DNA of 64,000 nucleotides from a virus: IMG/VR virus record IMGVR_UViG_3300042386_001406, positions 1 to 64,000 of that record; one strand, 5' to 3'. Shown piece by piece: positions 60,251 to 64,000 of this stretch (position 1 is its first letter; each line of letters starts with the position of its first letter). The notes under the pieces were generated by a model. It saw only the letters and a program-made list of their open reading frames with translations, ran no database searches and was not told where the DNA came from. The position numbers and the translations under genes were made by a program.

Positions 60251-60269
60251 TTTTTAAATATTTATTATT

Positions 60270-60620
60270 ATGAATATGACATATACTTTTAGTGTAACTT
60301 CATTAGACATTGCTCCAACTGGAAGTGATGACCATAATGATGTTGTAACTCGCGTACGTTACAACTATAATGGTGTTAGTGACACTGGATATAGTGGATC
60401 ATTTGCTGGTGTAACACCAATGCCTACTCCATCTGGAAGTTTTATTCCATTTGAGGATTTAACTGAGGAAGAAGTTATTGATTGGTTAGAAGTTGTTACT
60501 ACTGGTTCTCAACAACATATGCAACAACAAATTCAAAAACAAATCAACAACCAAATAAATCCACAATATGTCCCAGCTCCATTACCATGGCCAACTGGTT
60601 CAGTATCTCCAACTCCTTAA
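60270..60620 (+). CDS. small tail-associated protein
   Basis: DVVTRVRY...FIPFEDLTEEEVIDWL...LPW. Confidence 0.6.
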   Translation: MNMTYTFSVTSLDIAPTGSDDHNDVVTRVRYNYNGVSDTGYSGSFAGVTPMPTPSGSFIPFEDLTEEEVIDWLEVVTTGSQQHMQQQIQKQINNQINPQYVPAPLPWPTGSVSPTP

Positions 60621-60637
60621 TGTTAAAATAATAAGTT

Positions 60638-61546
60638 ATGGCTCATGAATCTAACAATGAAAATGTACTATGGTACATTGACTCAATTAATCCAAATGGG
60701 GCTACTTATGAAGTAGCTGGATGGATTTCTCATAAAACATCAGAAATTATTAGTTTATCATTAGGTGATAAAGATATTAAATACAGTATTGTTTATCGCC
60801 CTGATGTGATAGCAGTTTATCCATCTTTTAATACTTTTGGTTTTAAATTTACTGCAAATAAAGATGATATTAAAAAACCAATAAATGTTCATTTAAAAAA
60901 TGAAATAATATATAATGTTGGTAATTTAGAATCTCAAGTTATTTTAAAATCAGGTTTTACAAACTCTCCTAAAAGTTTAATTATTGTAGATAATTTTTAT
61001 AATGATCCTGATATGATCAGAGATTATATTATAAAAAATGTAAAATTTGATTTCTCAACATATCATACAGGTAGAAGAAGTTTAGATCGTTTTATATTAG
61101 AAGGAACAAAAGAAAAATTTGAAGAACTTTTAGGTAGACCTATACATAATTGGAATCATCCAACTTATGCAAATGGAAAATTCCAATATTGTACTTCACA
61201 AGACCGAGTTGTATATCATATAGACACACAGAATTATGCGGCCATGGTGTATTTAACACCAGATGCCCCATTACAAACAGGTACTGCCTCTTATAGAAGT
61301 AAATTAACAGGAGCTACTCGTTTTGAAAATGGAGAGGAAGGAGAGTTATATCAAAAAACATTTAAAGGAGTTAGTAATGAACTAAACTTCTATGATAAAT
61401 CAACTTGGGAAGAAGTAGATAGAATAGCAAATGTATATAATCGTTTAGTTATGTTTGATGCTAAAAGGTTACACTCAGCAACAGAATATTTTGGTGATGC
61501 TCTAGAAAATGCTAGACTGTTCCATTTATTCTTCTTCGATATTTGA
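60638..61546 (+). CDS. 2OG-Fe(II) oxygenase (DUF6445-like) with N-terminal extra domain
   Basis: IVDNFY, YHID, MVYLTP, GT, YNRLVMF...LHS, RLF. Confidence 0.75.
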   Translation: MAHESNNENVLWYIDSINPNGATYEVAGWISHKTSEIISLSLGDKDIKYSIVYRPDVIAVYPSFNTFGFKFTANKDDIKKPINVHLKNEIIYNVGNLESQVILKSGFTNSPKSLIIVDNFYNDPDMIRDYIIKNVKFDFSTYHTGRRSLDRFILEGTKEKFEELLGRPIHNWNHPTYANGKFQYCTSQDRVVYHIDTQNYAAMVYLTPDAPLQTGTASYRSKLTGATRFENGEEGELYQKTFKGVSNELNFYDKSTWEEVDRIANVYNRLVMFDAKRLHSATEYFGDALENARLFHLFFFDI

Positions 61547-61565
61547 TCGATACTTAAAAATTGTT

Positions 61566-62702
61566 ATGACAAATCCAACTATTTGTTTTGCAACTATTTG
61601 CAAAAATGAATCTCACATCATTAAAAGAACCTTAGAATCTGTATACAAGTATATAAGTTACTGGGTTATATGTGACACTGGCTCTACAGATAATACTAGA
61701 GAAATAATTACTGAGTTTTTTAAAGAAAAAAACATACCAGGAGAACTCCATATTGATGAGTTCAAAGATTTTGGTTATAATAAGAGCTTGTTAATGAAAC
61801 GAGCTCAATATAAAGCAGATTATATTTTACAAATTGACGCTGATGATCCTCTAATTGGTGAGTTTAAATTTACTCAACAAGATGTTGGTCATGATGTTTA
61901 TTTAGCTAATGTAAAGAGAGGTACAACTAATTATAAAGCATTTACTTTATTTAACGCTAAACGCTTATGGAAATTTTGTAGTGTAGCTCATACAGTTATT
62001 AAAACTATAGATAATCCTTATTTTACAACAGGTGACTTAACCCATTATGATTTTTATGTTTCATCTGAAGATATAGGAGCCAGAAAAGCAGATCCAGAAA
62101 AATATCTTAAAGATGCTAAAAAACTTAAAAAACAATTTTTTGACACCTTACTTGATGATCCAGATGATTTAAATCTTCGTTCTATTTTCTATACAGCGCA
62201 AAGTTATATGGACTATGGAATGCATGAAGAAGCAATTAGATGGTATAGATTATATACTAAGATAAGAGGTAATTGGCTTGAAGAACATTTTGAAGCACAA
62301 TTAAGAATAGCTAATTGTTATATTAGACTAGATGCTGGTTCTAATTTAATAGAACATGAAATGAAAAAAGCCATTGACATTTATCCAGATAGAGCAGAAC
62401 CATATTTTATTTTAGGTAATTATTTTAATAATAAAAAACAATCAGAAAAGGCATATTATTATCTTAAACAAGCTCAATCTAAAGATGTAGAGTTAGTTAA
62501 ACAAAAATACTTACTATTCATAAATGAGTTTAACTATGGAAAGTATGTGAATGATGAATTATCAGTGGCTTGTTATTGGACAGATAGATATGATGAAGGA
62601 ATAAAACTAATAGAAGAAATCATTGATGATCCTAAACACAATCATGATAACAAACGATTACTAGATAATTTGAATTTCTTAAAACAAAAAATTAATAAAT
62701 GA
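61566..62702 (+). CDS. GT2 glycosyltransferase with TPR repeats
   Basis: ICKNE, CDTGSTD, IDAD, FYTAQSY, PDRAE; ATG at 61566 preferred. Confidence 0.85.
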   Translation: MTNPTICFATICKNESHIIKRTLESVYKYISYWVICDTGSTDNTREIITEFFKEKNIPGELHIDEFKDFGYNKSLLMKRAQYKADYILQIDADDPLIGEFKFTQQDVGHDVYLANVKRGTTNYKAFTLFNAKRLWKFCSVAHTVIKTIDNPYFTTGDLTHYDFYVSSEDIGARKADPEKYLKDAKKLKKQFFDTLLDDPDDLNLRSIFYTAQSYMDYGMHEEAIRWYRLYTKIRGNWLEEHFEAQLRIANCYIRLDAGSNLIEHEMKKAIDIYPDRAEPYFILGNYFNNKKQSEKAYYYLKQAQSKDVELVKQKYLLFINEFNYGKYVNDELSVACYWTDRYDEGIKLIEEIIDDPKHNHDNKRLLDNLNFLKQKINK

Positions 62703-64000
62703 TAAAGTTACATTTATTAACTCGTTGTACTAGATTAAGCAATTTAAGAATCATTAGAGACACTGTATTCCCTAGTCCCTTAGATGTGACATGGCATATA
62801 ATTTTTGACACTAGTATTGTAAAAAGTTTTAATAAGGTTTTAATAAATGAATTAAAACAACTTCCAACAAAAATTTATTACATAGAAAGTAATGGTACTG
62901 ACTATTTGTATCCTCAACTAAGTGATATTATAGGTACTATTGATGAAGGATTTGTGAGTATATTAGATGATGATAATATTATACATTCTGATTTTTACAA
63001 TAAAATTAAAATAGCAATTGAACAAAATCCAGATAAAAAAGCATTTGTTTATAAACAATATATTGGAGGTAAAGATTTTACAGGCTTAAAAGTTAGAGAT
63101 ATAGGTCCTGAACATATGAAACTCCAACATATAGATTCAGCTCAATATATAATTGAAGCTAATTTATATAAGACAAGACGATATGAAGAAGGATATGATG
63201 CTGATGGTAGATTTATAGAACCATTCTATAAAGAACATGCTGATAAATTTTGTTTTGTAGATGAGATATTATGTTATTATAATCATTTAACATTTTCTAG
63301 AAAAGCTAATTTACCAAGAATATTATATATAGGCCCAGGTTTGCCAGAGCTTAGATCTAAACAGCTTTATAATTATGAGGAAGATAAATTAGATGTTTTT
63401 TATACAACAAATGATAACAATATTGATTCTATTTTAATAAATTATGATCCAAATGCTATTGTCACTATAGGTGAAAAAGATAGTGATTTTCCTAACTTAT
63501 ATAGACAACCAGCTGAAGTAAGAAAAAAATGGATTCATGCTAAAGATGTTGATTTAGATTTAGGCACTAAAGCATACTATTGCGCTATGATCCAAATGTT
63601 AGAAGATAACACATCTGAATTAATATCGTTTTTTACTCCAATTTATAAAACTGGAGAAAAATTATATAGAACATATCAATCATTAGTTGACCAAACTTAT
63701 AAAAATTGGGAATGGGTTTTAATAGATGATTCTACAGATGAATTAACAACAAAAATAGCTGAAGAAATAGCGTCAAAAGATCATAGAGTAAAAGTATATA
63801 GTTTTAAAGAAAAGAGTAATGGTAATATTGGTGATGTAAAATACAGAGCAGCTATGTTATGTAGAGGTTACTTATTAGCCGAATTAGATCATGATGATAT
63901 ATTAACTGAAAAATGTGCTGAGTATCTATACATTGCTAGCGAAACATATCCAGATGCTGGTTTCTTTTTTACAGACTGGGCTGAAGTAAGTGAACATATG
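62699..64000 (+). CDS. tandem GT-A/GT2 glycosyltransferase, 3'-truncated (not in ORF track)
   Basis: Open from ATG 62699 to the window end: ILDDDN, IDSAQY, then FTPIYK...QTYKNWEWVLIDDS...ELDHDD. Confidence 0.85.
   Translation, partial: MIKLHLLTRCTRLSNLRIIRDTVFPSPLDVTWHIIFDTSIVKSFNKVLINELKQLPTKIYYIESNGTDYLYPQLSDIIGTIDEGFVSILDDDNIIHSDFYNKIKIAIEQNPDKKAFVYKQYIGGKDFTGLKVRDIGPEHMKLQHIDSAQYIIEANLYKTRRYEEGYDADGRFIEPFYKEHADKFCFVDEILCYYNHLTFSRKANLPRILYIGPGLPELRSKQLYNYEEDKLDVFYTTNDNNIDSILINYDPNAIVTIGEKDSDFPNLYRQPAEVRKKWIHAKDVDLDLGTKAYYCAMIQMLEDNTSELISFFTPIYKTGEKLYRTYQSLVDQTYKNWEWVLIDDSTDELTTKIAEEIASKDHRVKVYSFKEKSNGNIGDVKYRAAMLCRGYLLAELDHDDILTEKCAEYLYIASETYPDAGFFFTDWAEVSEHM

Larger units (their letters stand above)
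694..60265 (+). promoter_or_regulatory. recurrent ATATTTAT motif, putative late promoter
   Basis: Copies at or just after gene ends: 694, 4093, 6287, 10723, 14870, 15223, 21079, 23837, 25614, 27233, 29154, 31666, 33777, 36977, 37671, 43337, 51120, 53931, 59765, 60258. Confidence 0.75.

Noticed and set aside
1-64000. Stop-codon reassignment
   Set aside because: Core genes are full length in code 11, and TAG and TGA both serve as real stops (27228, 5505)

Overview
AT-rich, single-strand-oriented (+) 64 kb segment of a large T4-like (jumbo-type) tailed phage. A Bacteroidota host is likely, based on TTG-N16-20-TAnnTTTA promoters, mostly SD-less A-rich starts and a Bacteroidota-type TonB-dependent receptor. 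Gene order: baseplate/tail-associated genes (1-4.1 kb); GIY-YIG nuclease, primase and exonuclease; a full-length TonB-dependent receptor; a ~22 kb cluster of late-promoter genes; terminase, portal, prohead protease, scaffold, major capsid, PhoH and neck genes; tail fibres, a LamG/fibrinogen-like adhesin array and a collagen fibre; then a methyltransferase, a 2OG-Fe(II) oxygenase and glycosyltransferases. Best candidate for an undescribed system: about 16 proteins in the late cluster carry short N-terminal leaders ending in (I/L/V)-x-E that copy motifs of the scaffold protein. Several look like protease-cleavable polyproteins of enzymes and mini-domains, suggesting a capsid-cargo packaging and injection system. 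Second candidate: virion surface modification (Pro-Thr stalks, S/T-G-S enrichment, collagen, adjacent modifying enzymes). Several structured leader RNAs are also present. All family assignments come from motif recognition by eye; no database search was run.
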